A stretch of 64,000 bases of DNA from Vicugna vicugna. Lineage: Eukaryota. Shown piece after piece: positions 1 to 13,400 of the stretch. The notes below the pieces were generated by a model, which saw nothing but the letters and a program-made list of their open reading frames with translations, did not search any database and had not been told where the DNA came from. Every line of letters starts with the position of its first letter. Position 1 is the stretch's first letter. The stretch is taken from assembly GCA_013265495.1 (NCBI GenBank), contig MU061538.1, positions 1,817,339 through 1,881,338 of the forward strand, in the 5' to 3' direction. The translations under genes and the position numbers were made by a program.

Positions 1-1856
1 ACTGATCTTCTGATAAGTCAAGCAATGCCAACATGCTACTGGAGGAGTTGCTGAACTAAATTCTAAGATACAGAACATTTTGATTAGTTAACTTAAGAAT
101 TAAAAAGAGAGCTAAACTATTCCAGCATTTGGCAGAGAACTATTTTCATGTAAAATTCCTGTCGCTTTCTTGTCTGTTGTAAAACTATACAGCATGATTT
201 TGGAATATGGTCTGACATAAAAAATATTTTTTTCCCTCCAGAAAAAAAGATTTTACTAATTTACTTAAAAAAATTGTTACCAATTAAAGTAGATAAAGTC
301 TTTTAAAGGAAAGGTGTTTAGTAGTTTGAAGGCTGTTCCTGGACAGCAGAGCTCGGCCCGCACCTCCCAGCCCACCAGGGCCCATAGCGCGTGGCCCCCA
401 CCTTCCAGCAGCCACGTCAGCACATGGCACCATGCGGCCCCCCGGGGCAAGGCATACTCCCAGCCGTGGCCCCGGGGCCCGTCCTTTCACATTTACAGCT
501 CAACTAGGAGAAATGAGACACTGACAAGACACGGCTAAAACAAGGTCAAAAGCAAAAGACCACAAAGACACGTGGAAACTGATGAATGCTTAGGTTTTTG
601 GGTAAAGACAACAAATTCATGTAAAACAACGTGCTATAATACAGACCGCCTGCTCATCAGCGTTCTGAATCGCAAGGAATGGAGGGGAGGAAAAACAGAC
701 TGGGTCTACCAAAAGTCTCCTCCTGGCACATGCTTCCCATCTTTAGTCTACAAACCTAGAAACTAAAACTCAATTAAACAACCAACGATGAACTGCCCTT
801 AATCCAGCACAGCAAACAACTCGATGCTCCTTCCAGCTCCTACGTGCTACTGCTTTCCCTGGATGCACTGACAATTAGAGGTCCTTTCCTTTTACTTATT
901 GCAAATACTCTGTGGTTTAAAAGTAATCGTCAGTAGCTGATTTGCTCCAGAGTCTGTGCCTTACGGTTCTCCCCGTCCTTCCCCAGTTTATAGTGAAAAG
1001 TGCCCACTGCAGGGAGCGCCGTCAGAGAGCACAGCAGCTGCTCAGGCCACAGCGCGTTTGTTGCAGAGTCACTGTGATAAAGGCAAGAGACGAGCATCGT
1101 CTTCTGTAGTAAGTGAAGGCCATGTGGCAGGAAAAGGAAGCAAGTATTCTACAGATTGCTGATGGGAGAGTCTTCTGCAAAGGGACTCCATCTGCAGCAA
1201 CTTCAAGGACTGAACTTATCCAAACTGCAGTGGAAAACTGCAATTCCTGTACTTTACTGGAAATGGTCTAGAATGAGCACTGTTTAAAAGTCAAGAAAGA
1301 AATGACACGTGCTCCACTCTGGAAAGTACGTGTAAGATCACACATGATTTCACTTTAGAATTCTGTTAATCCCTTTTTCCCTCAAATGGGGGAAATTAGA
1401 TTGAAAGGGAAGACAGGACAGTCTTTGCCACAATACTGCTTAAAAGCAGACACACAACACACACACCGCCCCCCACCCTGCCACAGCTGCTCACTGAATC
1501 TAAAGCTACACGTAATTATTTGTTTTCGTCATAAAGGAAATTTTACTTTTAAAACAAACTCGATGATTCTATCATAAATTATCTATAAAAAGAAGCTAAA
1601 ACTGAGAAACGTCTAATTTAGGAACTGTCACACTGGTCTTTCATTAAGACCCCAAAGAGACACTGAAACATGGGTCCCAGTTGAAAGAAGAACCTGAATG
1701 ACAATTGTTACATCTGCTTCAAGTAGGCAGAGGCTGCTGTACGTGACTGTGAAAGAGGTGATTTCACATGCCTTCCTTCGAAAACCTTCTCTAGGAATTA
1801 GGACACTCTAAGCGAAGCACAGATTCCAAGAGGTACTGGTAACCTCGTCAACTTAC

Positions 1857-2492
1857 CCCGCCTGACAACTTAATCACCCTGACCTTGGAGCTGACGTGCG
1901 GCCCATCTCCGCCACCGCTGTTGGCCCGGTGCATGACAGTCCTTTTCGCGCCAGGCTTGACCTCCGGGGGCCGGCCCTGGAGGGACGCCACTCGAGCAGT
2001 CTGCGAAGGGGGTGGCAGCCCCTCGCCATCTGCAGGTTTTACCTGCAGGACTTTGTGCTGAGCTGGACTCTGAGGTATGGGTCTGGCCGGTCTCAAATGT
2101 TTCAGTGGTTTCATCTGTTGTCCTTGATACTGCACGTTAGCACCAGATGGCACAAAATTTGATGTTTTGGGCGGAACGTTTGAAACAGTGACATCTTGGT
2201 TTTTCATGAGAAGTCTGTTTTTCACATTCTGTCTGACCTGTGCCCCCGGGAAGGGGAGCAGCGGGGTACCATTGGTGGGTGATGGCGAAGCTGTCGGCTC
2301 CTCCGGCTCGGCCGGGGCCGAGGGTGGGCAGAGCTGCTGCTGTTGCGCCAGCCGCTCGAGCAGCTCCTTCTTCCGCGCGCCCGCCTGCTGCTGCCGCCGC
2401 AGCTCCTTCTGCTTCAGGATCTCCTCCCGGAGGCGCTTCTGTTCCTCTATCTTTAAGCGGTATAACCTTGTCTCTTCATCTTCATCAGGAAA
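1857..2492 (-). CDS. RBM33: RBM33 coding exon 14 (636 nt): FPDEDEETRLYRLKIEEQKRLREEILKQKE...KVRVIKLSGG, including a predicted coiled coil
   Basis: Overlaps ORF 1848..2510. Acceptor tctgtttcag|TTT and donor GGG|gtaagt. Confidence 0.97.
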
Positions 2493-5287
2493 CTGAAACA
2501 GAAGACACATGGTTTACTCGGAGTACAAGGCTGGGTGACCATTCCAGTCTATTTCAAAATCATGAAAATGCACTTTCTAAAAAACCCTTTAATTTGGGAT
2601 TTGAAAGAAGCCATTCAAAATCTGCTTATCGACTTTAAGTGCAACTCCTTCCTCTGGGGAGTGAAGAAAAAATTACACAGCTAAAGCTAATTTGGAAAAT
2701 CTTATCAGAATATTAAAAATGAAATAATGTAAATTTCCACTCATTTACAAGTTTGAAACCAATTAAACTATTCATTTAAGATATCAAAATATGTTTGAAA
2801 TAGTAACTGCAACAGTCAGGAGGCCTCGCTGTCACACACGTTTTATCTGGCTCTTTTCTGACGAACCAACAAAAGGTGGGGTATAAACGACCTGAAAGGG
2901 CCTGATTAGAACTATTGATTTTTCGTACAGAATTTTCAGCCTGATCTCAAACTCATTTGTCACAGAGTAATTGCTTATAATGAACAGCACAAGTCAATCT
3001 CTGTGACCTTGAACTCATGCACTCTCAGAATCAAAATGCTGCCAACTGCAGTACTGGAATATTAATGGTATATAAGGAGTGCCTTTAACATGCCAGCCCC
3101 ACAGCATTCTGAAAGTCTACCAGAAAATCTTTGAAAAAGTCTGTAACTCAAAAAAAAAGCATCCAAAGAGGAAAGTTTATTGAAAGTTGACCGTTTGTTA
3201 AAACTTGTAATAATTTTCTTAAAAAAAATTGTAGCTATCCTCATTCACAGACCCTTTACACCCTTTACGTAAGAATATACTAGGATTTACTCTCCCCGGA
3301 ATTCAGCTGCTCACAAAGACACCTTACGAGGTGAGAGTCGAAACAAAAACGCAGGAGGAGCTGGCTGGGGCCCCCAGAGCCCAGGCACCTTGATCTACGA
3401 GGCACGGGGCCAACCCTCACTGGGGCTTCCCTTGTCACTTTAGAAGCAATTCTGACCAACTCAGTCACCTAATTTCAAAGTCGAGGACAGATCTGAAACA
3501 GCAATTTTGAAGGTAGATGAGGGCTACACAGGTAGGTTACAGAGCTAGAAGTGATATTAAGGAGAAGACAGAAAAAAGAAGTTCAAAAAGCACAGGGGCC
3601 AGGGTATTCCGGGGAAATTGGTCGACAGTTTAAAACACAGGAATAATTAATATTCACTAGGATTCTCCCCCAAGAAATCAAAAAAGAGTTAAAATATGTT
3701 CCAAGAATATAGGTAGACATACTTCTAAACAGATTTATCCTTTACTACGTCATTATCAGTTGGCTGAGTACAAGAAGATAAACCACATGTAAACGAATAC
3801 ATGTCTGTACATGTATGACTGAAACATGATGCTGAAACTGACACAACATTGTAAACTGACTGTACTTCAGTAGAAAAGAACGCACATTTTTTAAAAAGAA
3901 GATAAACCACATTTACCTAAACAAAACAAATAGAAGACTTCAAAAATAAAAAAATCTTTATTCCTGGTCCCCTTCTCTGTAGAGAGAAAATTAAAAGCAA
4001 ACAAATTCAGACACTCCACGCACACTAGGGCCACCTGCAAGTGCCACGTCATGCACAAAGCATCTGACTCCACCAAAGACTTTCCCAGGGGCCTGCTAAA
4101 ATCAACCGCTGGGGAAGGGACAGTCAGATGTGACCAGCGGTGCACCTACAACGCCTCCTTTCTCGTTTTACTTAGCCAGCTGTACGGAAGTGTATGTGAC
4201 TTCATCTTCCTGAGCCACAGCTGTCCCTACGTGTGAGTGAGGAGCTAGCTACATAAACTAAAAGCAGGACCAAATATTTACCAAATACTTCTTTATATAA
4301 ACTACCCCAAACCAGTTTCTAAATCTACATTTCTATGTATTGATTTTAAAACTGAAATGCCACCCTTCTTCTAATCAATGTTATTAAATGTTAACTCAAT
4401 ACTTTCACGTTATGTTTACATTTCTGATTTGGTAACATTATTACAGCCACTACAGTAATTTACTAGAAGAAAATCTGACCACTACCAATCCCAGTTTAAC
4501 TGACTGGAAGGTAAACCCAGCCTTAAGTGGTGGTTGTGGTGATTATGAAAACACAACGTGCTTACCGTCTTATCTAAGGACACTCTTTGTGCCATTCTTT
4601 TCACATAGTAAGTTAATACATGATATTTATTACCTTCTTTACAAATTTTGCCAATATTAGTGTAACTTGCACATACTGATCTCTGCCACATCGCAGACTC
4701 GCACACCCAATAATTAAGGAAACCGGCATTTGTGAGCACTGCGGCTGCTTGCTCAGGGCCACACTGCTAGCGGTGGGGGGCTACTGCCAAGGGTGCCTCC
4801 AACCGACGCCGCACTGGACGCCTGCACTTTGTTAGAACCTACGTTATCCAGATACCGTCCAACTTTTACATCTGTATTTCTAGGGAGCAGCCAGGAACTA
4901 CATCTCCACCTCAGGGAAACATCAAACAAGCACGCTCACTTCTCTTACAGGAGACCAGTAGCTTCAAGGGGTATGTCCCAGATGTAAATTTTACTAGCAT
5001 AAAGCAGTTTAAACGTTCATGACCAGTACTGCACTAATACTGAGCCACTTTTAAGCAAAACAGAACACAGAAGCCAAAGCTAAGTCAACAGGAAAGCATG
5101 TAGAATACTGACTTACATTTATTATTTGTTCTTACAATACTATGCCTATTTAGAAGTCAGCAATACGTACAATTCAAAACAAACGCCCCAAAAATCTTAT
5201 TTAAAGGCCGAAAGTAAAAGGGGTCCTACCTCCTTGTAGTTCCTGGTACAGAAGAAGAAAGAGTCACAGAAACCTAACGGTCTACAG

Positions 5288-5497
5288 CAGGGGTCAGCTG
5301 ACTACAGCCCACGCACCAAGTCTGGCCCACACCTGGCTCAGGCATAAAGTCTTGCCAGGGCACAGCCACGCCCGCTGACCTAAGAACCGTCTATACCTGC
5401 GTTCATGCTGGCACAGCAGAGGTGAGCGATCTGGACTGCAAAACCTAAAATATTTATTACCTGGGCCCTTCAGAGAAATCGTTTACTAAGGCCCCTG
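5288..5497. mobile_element. MER58A-like hAT-Charlie DNA transposon
   Basis: Inverted ends CAGGGG...CCCCTG. Internal 'cacagccacgccc' and 'gcaaaacctaaaatatttatta' match the recalled consensus. Confidence 0.8.
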
Positions 5498-5752
5498 ACA
5501 TACACAGATTCTGGAACACTGTGGAACACTGTGACCGCATAAATGCGCACATACAACCTGACACTGGACCAGGGAGGATGAAAGTGCGTCCTGTGTGAGC
5601 ACGCTGCTGGGTTAAAGGAGGACCCAGTTAAAAAAAAAAAGTGGAAGATTTTGTGAAGAACTCGCTGTCTGAGAGTGAACTAAGAGGTACAGGATGATTA
5701 TAAGGCCTCCTGTGTGAGACCAAATATTATCTTTTAACTCAAAAAGTCCCAC

Positions 5753-6040
5753 CTCGGGTTCTGTCTTTGCTTCTTCTTTAGGCTGAACCACAGGGCTGGC
5801 TGGCTTGGCCGCCACCGCAGCCTTCCCCTGCGTGCTCCTGGGCCCCGCCCCGGGCCTCGTGGGTGCTGATGTGCCGACGGTGGGTTTCACTTGGGCCGCG
5901 GGTGTGGAGGAGCAGCGACTGTTACTCATCTCTATAACGTGTGACGGTGCTATTGGTAATTCACGCAAGTTACTATTTCTTGGAGCAGTTGGCTGCATCT
6001 GCTGCATTGGTCGTTTGGTTACATTCTGAGAAGCTGAATT
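5753..6040 (-). CDS. RBM33: RBM33 coding exon 13 (288 nt): NSASQNVTKRPMQQMQPTAPRNSNLRELPIAP...EEAKTEPE
   Basis: Overlaps ORF 5612..6007. Acceptor ttcttcttgtag|AAT and donor GAG|gtggga. Confidence 0.95.
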
Positions 6041-7067
6041 CTACAAGAAGAAAGAAATTCTTATTACAACTAGAAACTTGGGAGAAGAAACAAAAAGGTA
6101 CATTAGGTAAAAATGCTTAAAAAAATCACTCTAACGGAGTAAGTGACTCCTCCTTTGGGGGACAGGTATCTTCCCACTAGCAAGTATTTTTTCCACGCAC
6201 GAATGTTCCTGCTCTGTGCGGCAGCACACCTTGCTAGCAGGGACTGGGACTGATAAAGGTGCCACCCCTGCCTACAGACAGGCTCCTCTTCACGGGTGTT
6301 ACACCAGGTGACGGCAGTTGATGCCTCAGAGGACGGGGACTGACGTTTTTAATACAATCGAAAGAGCCACAAGGACTCCCACACAAGGAGTCAGCAGGGC
6401 TAATGGTGCCACCACGGTCAATGGGTCCCTTAAATTCAAAGCAGAACAGAAGAGAACAAAGCATTAAGTTAGTGTCCTAAGGAAAACCACTCCCTGGAGG
6501 AGAAAGACACCCGCAGGTTTTACTGGGGAGGAAATTCCCAGTCACGTTCATCCTCAGGATTCCTCGCATAGACCTGACACCTAGAGGAGCTTACAGACAT
6601 CTGAGGTGGCTGGGGGAGGGCCGCAGCCAGAATGGCTCAGCTCGAGGCTAGGGACGCCGTCTGACATTGTTCTTACCAGATAAAACCCAGGTAACAGAGC
6701 ACCCTCTTCCCAGATCTAGAAATTCTTTCTTATTTCTTGTATCATTTTAGTCTCAGCCTTACTTTAGAAACAAAGAGGCAGGTGTGAAGAAAACTGAGAT
6801 TAAAAGTAGCTAAGTGACATGCTCAAAACTCAAGGTCAAAAGGAACAGGACTAAAGGGAAAACCCTGCCTCACCCTACAGCCTGGAACCATCAGCCTCTT
6901 TACAGGTAGTTATTTAATGGTGGACAAGGCAGTAACAATGACCACGGCCTTACTTTTAAAGCAATACCCAGTGTCCTTCAACGCCTACGCCTGACAGCCC
7001 ACACGTGCTGATGGTACTTGAGAGTACAACCTCACGAGTAAACATGGTCATCTCTCACAGTTACACA

Positions 7068-7175
7068 TAAGCTCCCGGAAGGCAGGAAATGTGTCTCTTT
7101 CGTTCACTGCTGTATTCCCAGGAACTAGAGCAGTGCCTGACAACAAAGGGTATTCAGTAAATTCTTCCTGAATTC
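7068..7175 (+). mobile_element. L2 LINE 3' end
   Basis: taagctcc..gaaggcagg...gttcactgctgtattcccag...agcagtgcctg is the typical L2 tail. Confidence 0.7.
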
Positions 7176-7370
7176 ACTTACTTATTCACGCACTGCCCAA
7201 GGAGACAATCTACGTACCAAATAAGCAGCCACTGGCAAAGGCAGAATGACTATCACCCGAGAATATTTTCTAAAGTTATGTGTCAATGAATAGGATCACC
7301 TATCACTACAGGAGCATCTAGACACGGGAAAGGCATCCCTGGAAGACAGCCGGGGGCGGCAGACACTCAC

Positions 7371-7607
7371 ATGCCTCAGCCCCTGGCGCTGGGGGCACTG
7401 CACGCGACTGGCGCTCGGCTGAGGCTGAGCCGTCGGCATGTGAGGCCTGAACTGCGGCTGGGCCATGGGCAGCAGGGGCGGAGGCGGGACAGAGAGGTGG
7501 TGGTGGTGCTGGTGCTGCTGCGGCTGCTGCTGCGGCTGGAGCGGCGGCTGGGGCTGCGGCTGCGGCTGGGGCTGGTGTGGAGGAGGCAGCGGCGGGTGCA
7601 GGGGCCC
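7371..7607 (-). CDS. RBM33: RBM33 coding exon 12 (237 nt), Pro/Gln/His low-complexity: GPLHPPLPPPHQPQ...QRQGLRH
   Basis: Overlaps ORF 7296..7619. Acceptor tttttggcatggaag|GGG and donor CAT|gtgagt. Confidence 0.93.
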
Positions 7608-7829
7608 CTTCCATGCCAAAAAAAAGAGAGAAACAAAGGTTTATGAGGTATATACTGTTTATGTTCCAATTCAGTCTTTTCTTAAAAAAAAATCAAACCC
7701 AATACCAGAAAAAAACTTCAAGAGGTACTAAAATTCCAGTTTAGTTTTACTGATGAAGGTAGTATTACCTTAAATGCAATAATAAGCCCAAAGCAACCAT
7801 CCCACATTTTAAATCCTGTAAATCCTGAA

Positions 7830-8170
7830 ATCCAGGAATTTATCCTAAGGAAGTAACTCAGGATGCAGGCAAACACAACCTCAAGGATATTTCTTACAGC
7901 ATTATTTCCAATACCACAGTACTGAAACCAGTAAATGTGTGCGAAACACAGTGGCAGCCATAAAATGTCAACTTGTGCAGTATTTTTAAATGATACAGTG
8001 GAAGCTGATGCACTGGCATGAGATCATACAACACATTAACTGGGAAGAAAAGCACAGTGGTGACGATGCGCGTTACTAAAAAGACTGAACAGCGCGCGCA
8101 CCCAGATGTTAACAGTGACAGTGTCTAGCGGACGGCATGACCTAACTCCCTTTAAAATACTGATCTACAC
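7830..8170 (+). mobile_element. Old L1 (L1ME-like) fragment
   Basis: ccaggaatttatcctaagga...aaggatatttcttacagcattattt resembles the L1 ORF2 end and 3'UTR. Boundaries approximate. Confidence 0.55.
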
Positions 8171-8409
8171 TTACTCCTGCGACGGAGACGCAGCAGTTAC
8201 ATTTTTTTTTTTTTAGTAAAAAGAAAAACAAAAACTTTTTACCCTACTTTAACATCTTAAATAATAATCATTTTCCTTTTTTTACTTTAGACGCATGTTC
8301 TTTGTGGTTCAAGCGTATCATCATTGTACACCTCAGGAGCAAACGTAAGTGCCAGCAACATGCCGGGTAAGAAAGATACCGCAGACTCCAGGCAGTGGAT
8401 GTACACAGC

Positions 8410-8428
8410 CCGTCAGCAGAGGGCGCTC
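8410..8428 (+). promoter_or_regulatory. Candidate CTCF motif
   Basis: ccgtcagcagagggcgctc compared with core CCASYAGRKGGCRS: one core mismatch. Motif match only. Confidence 0.4.
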
Positions 8429-8850
8429 CAACCTCTCAGATAATGAGGGAGCGGCAACACTTCCTTTCCCACCACTATATGCTCTGAAACATCATCTTAC
8501 TTCCCGGCAGCCCTTTTAAGAATCTTGCAGTGATGAGCAAAGGTGGTATCAAAACATGCCTTAATTTTATTAGCAGTATACAGTATATCCTTTACAAAAT
8601 CTTAATACTGGGGAAATGCTTTATTTCCCCCAAAATGACACTTTTTCCATTTCTCCTATGATTAAGGAGATTGACGATACTGTCAAGAAAGTTTGTAATA
8701 AGGAACACATTTGTGTTTACTCCTCTTGTTCTTTCTTACTCTCTACGTCTCAGCAGACTAGAATAGCAAAGGGAAACTTCTTGACTTCAGTTATGAGACA
8801 CCAAGACCCACAGCCACAGGCACCCCCTCCATGCAGCTCGGGACCCATAC

Positions 8851-9194
8851 CTGAAGATTAGGCTGTGTGTGGGCAGGCAGGAAGGGCTGTCCAGGGCCGG
8901 GCAGGAAGGGCTGTCGAGGCGGAAGGAATGGCCGTGCGGCGGCGGGCCCCGGCTGGCTGAAGTGGAGAATCCCCACCGGACCTGGTGGCGGGGGGGCTGG
9001 CCTCACGGGCCTCTCTCTGGGGAACACGGGCTGCTGCCCCTGCTGATTAAACGCTGGTCCGGGCTGGGTGAACGGTAAGGGACTGGGCGTGGGCACCGGG
9101 TGACCACTGCTAAGAAGCGTGGGAGGTGGTGGTGGTGGCGGGGGACTTCGTTGCTCCAGGAAGAGATGACTTGGGAACCTCGGTTCACCTGAAA
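8851..9194 (-). CDS. RBM33: RBM33 coding exon 11 (344 nt): VSGEPRFPSHLFLEQRSPPPP...HTQPNLQ
   Basis: Overlaps ORF 8791..9297. Acceptor ctgctcag|TTTCAG and donor CAG|gtatgg. Confidence 0.95.
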
Positions 9195-9590
9195 CTGAGC
9201 AGTGGGGCAACATCGTTACCCTCTGGATGCACAGAACACGCACTTCACAGAAGTCACTTTTACGTACTGTTCTACTATGGACAAAAATCACACACAAGTG
9301 GTGGCTGGATATCTAAAAGGAATTCTAGATTTTGCCTCTTATTTCTAGATTGCTTCATTAGTCATTCTCTATAGACAATTTCCTCCTCTGTACGAGGCTG
9401 TCACATTTCAGATACCAATAATGTCCAATTTCAGCATTTGAAATGACAGGCAGAAGGGCCACGGCACAGAAATCTGACACTATTAAAGAGGTCTCCTACT
9501 GGGAGCTAAACACTGTTTAAAACATAGACGCGTTCAGGCCCAGCACAAGGCCCAGTACAGCTTCCTTCCGTTACCCTGTGCCCTCTTTAC

Positions 9591-9723
9591 CTCCTAAGAA
9601 GAAGGGGTCTCGCTCCTGGGGAGGGGGTGGGGCCCTCCACTGGTCCTGAAGAGGAAGCCGCGGGGGCTGGCTGAAATTGTTGGGAACAGGTCCAGGTGTG
9701 TGCTGTGGAAACTCTGGAGGGCC
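9591..9723 (-). CDS. RBM33: RBM33 coding exon 10 (133 nt): GPPEFPQHTPGPVPNNFSQPPRLPLQDQWRAPPPPQERDPFFLG
   Basis: ttcctgttgtcctttag|GGC...GGAG|gtaaag. Confidence 0.95.
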
Positions 9724-10342
9724 CTAAAGGACAACAGGAAAAGAGGGTGAAAGGCAGGCAAAGAAACTGCAATTTTCAGAAAGGTGTATATGTTTCTAAG
9801 TTTTCCTCTGAAAACATCCAAGTAGCTCATCTCCTGTATGCACATAACCTCATGTCACCAAACAGGTGATTCTGACACAGCGAAACCGTCAAGCACAAAA
9901 ATGCAGCATCTAGAACATAATTCAGAGTTTCAGCAGCAGTCCGGTACTAGGAGAACACTGCTGTTGAGCTCACTGAAGTCACGCAGTTACTGACCTCTCG
10001 CCCATTCGTCTGAGAGACTAAATGTTTGCTTTTGATGCTCCTGACATTTATCTTCTCAAACGTGCTGTTCTTTGCTACTTTTTTAACACAACTATAATCC
10101 ACAGCTATGAAGCTGCTCTACTTCAAAACAAGAAAAAGAAATTGAACGTGGTCTTTAACAAAAATCGGCCATCTCTGACGAACCAGGAAAATGAAATGTT
10201 TAAGAAATCACATTACTATAAAACATTAACAGATTTCCTGGATAAAAGAACTTTGAACTTTTACAGATTACCATTTTTTAAATAACTTCATGCTACTAGA
10301 ACTCTACAAACTGAAATTACTTCATTTTTTAGCCAATACTTT

Positions 10343-10442
10343 ATAACTTTAAATGGAGTATAATCTGTAAAAATTCTGAATCACTGTGCTGTACAACTGA
10401 AATATAATACTGAAAACCAACTATACCTCAATTTTTAAAAAA
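10343..10442 (+). mobile_element. 5'-truncated L1 3' terminus (laurasiatherian/artiodactyl type)
   Basis: tgaatcactgtgctgtacaactgaaa...caactatacctcaat followed by a short A tail. Confidence 0.75.
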
Positions 10443-13400
10443 TTACTTCATTTTCTAATTGGCCTTTCGAGTGTTTACAGAGATTTTTTAAACACCACAT
10501 TTGCTTAAGAAAGCCTCATACTTTTTGGTGAGAAATTTAAAGAAAGCCTCACAAGTTTTTTCTACTTCCTTTTCCAGAAAGAAGTCATTAGTTACACATG
10601 CTGTATCATCAAAATAATTTTCATTTAATAACACCTCGATCTTTGCAGTATTTCTCACTTTTCAAAAATCGTATTTCTTTCTTATCAATCTAAAATTCTA
10701 ATGACTTCTGTCATTTTTATTACTAATACAATTAGCTGTTCTCTCTAAACGTGACATTGTATTATGATATTGAAAATGCTTTTTTGCAAACTACATTTCC
10801 CTTCCTTCTTTCCTTAAAGGTCTGCTCTATCCACAACATTGTGAGAATAATGCAAAATAAACACTAGAATAAACACTACAAACCCAGACGACTATTGGCT
10901 ACATGCCATTAACAAAATTACGTTTAAACACAAATACCGCATCTTTACAAAAACACACTGTCCTAAAACACGTGGAACAGAAAGTCCCAAAGCCATGACT
11001 CCTGCAGTCTTTGTCTATTAGTTCAGCTGAAATCAAGAACATTCCCGCGGCGTCAGCGTCTGGCATCTGACATTAGGGAGCGCTACTTCTCACTCTAGAT
11101 AAAGGCATCAGCTGAAGTGATGAACACCAGGAACTGAGACACATGAGGTGTATACTGAGAATACATGCTGTACACACTCATACTGAATCGTGAAGGTTTT
11201 CTTATCCCCAGTAAGTGTACACAGTTTCTCATAATGGTAATTTGAGACTTCACTGGTACGACGCTTTGAAACGGACATTCTTCAACATTCACTATTTTCA
11301 CCCAGTAACATGCCAGGGAGAAAACCAGCTGGAGGCATCAGCTGCAGACGGTGCTGCCGATCAGACCGCACGAGGAGGCTCGGTGGGCCCGCCCCTTCTC
11401 CCACCGCACAGGCCTTCCTCTTGTTCTAAAACTACTCTTATTTTTGTGTGACGCCAATGAAACACATGGTATGCATCTGCATGGATGTTTTGCCAGGTAA
11501 CTTTACAAGAAGATTTATTAATAATGTATTTCTTTCTAGAATACAGCGTTAGTATTCTGTCTATAGTCCTACAGACCTTTTTTCTTACATATACATGTAT
11601 TTCAAAAAGTGTTCTCAAATAATCTTTACAACTTTCTGGATGATAATAAGCTAAAAATCAAAGTCCTGTCATTATTTATTTTTTTAAAGTTTAAACCATT
11701 TTTCTTGGAGTGGCCCAGAAAATAAAATTTAAAATTGTCTGCCGTCTGGTTTGTAGCAAGGTGTGACTGGCCATGCTGCCTCTCATCCATGCAACTTGAC
11801 TACACAAATTAGCAACACTCACCTAAGTAAAACCTGTTTCAAATGTACAACTTTGTTCCTTAAAGTATTCTGATGCACACTTGACTGTCACTCTTCTGGA
11901 GGAGAGGACACCAAGGAAGAGTTTCAAACAGATAAACACAGAAGGGACCGGTTAGGCTCATTAACAGTACCACTACCTAAAATATGCTGGTGTAAAAGGT
12001 AAAAGAAATACTGAAATTTAAAAATCTTTTGGAAGTGAAATATATGTATTTTCCATGCGGTTTTAGCTTACCAACAGTAGACCTCAGCCACAGAAAGGCA
12101 CCACAAGAAGCCCCACGAAAGCCCCTCGGGCAGGGAAGCGGCCCATCGCAGGAGGGCTGCCACGCCAGGGAGGGGCCGCAGGTCTGTCTATGTCGTGAAC
12201 CTGGACCAGCGCTGGCGCCACCTGCCACCTGCACGGGGGAGCGTCAGGACGGTCCAGGGCAGGGAGACCTGAGGAGTGGCTCGGTGAAACGCAGGGTCTA
12301 GGACTCGGTGTGTGCTTCCGTGGTGTAGTCGCCCGGACTCAGTGTCAGGCTGCTCGGACAGCCCAGTGGGAGCCAGGCTGGAGACCTGAGAATCGAGTCA
12401 GAGCCAGGGCTAGGGTCTGGCAGGCCTATTCTGAAGCAACAAGGGTGGGTGATAACTATTTCTATTTAACAAGGATTCTCAGCCTGTGTGTGTATGTGAG
12501 CCAATACCCCGGACACACTTCTACCATACGGTGACTAACAACTGCAGTGATTTGCACAGGATTTAAATAAACAACCCTAGTGAGGCCAACACGAGCATGC
12601 ACTTAAGAGTAAGGGCGGGTGAGGACCTGGGCACAACCGCAGCGGCCTTCACCCGCGGCTCACACCCCGCACGGCAGGCCCTGGGCGAAGCGTAGGACCA
12701 CCTGAGCTCGTGCGCACATAGCACAGTGGTGACGGGGCTCTAGGTCCCATTTCACAACTGGGGACATTAAATAATTTGTCCAAAGTGACACCATTTTATT
12801 TCAAAGTCACAGATTTCAGTATTCAAGAAAAGCAAGTTAAAATGCAGCAGGAAAAGTTTCAATCCATATGATATAAATCTAATCAAAATTACTACATTTG
12901 CGTGTTCTAAAAACCAATCTTTTCCCCTTGACTTAGATATGAGAAGGATCATCTACAACCAACACAGAACTGGGAACCCTGGAGACCACCGCATCATGTA
13001 CAAACTGCCGGGTTCCACTGACTTCTTTGGAACAAGTTCACTTTGTGCTTTTGTTTCTGCCAAAACGCGTACAGAAACTTCCATTTTCTCCTGTTCCTCC
13101 CCCACTCTCTCACCAACCGCCTGTGTTGCTGCCTCACCGTTTCAGGAGACCATGGCCACAGGCAGCCCTCAGCACCCCACCTCCCTAGAGACTGCTGAGC
13201 GCTGTGGGTGAATCCCCTTACACAGAACCGGAATCACTGCAAGGCTCTGTTCACTTTCACCTGGTCCTCCACGTCTCTCGCGGGTTCTCCCCTCTTCCCA
13301 GTCAGCTCCTCCTCCTGCCCAGGGTGTGCTCCCACCTCTGAGCGGCTTCCAGCCCCTCAGCCCTCACCAGCTGCCCCCTCTAACCCTTCTATCAGGAAAG

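Noticed and set aside
1896..2638. Plus-strand ORFs overlapping exon 14 (similar ones overlap exons 7, 8, 11, 12 and 13)
   Set aside because: They are antisense or alternative-frame shadows of GC-rich, low-complexity coding exons.
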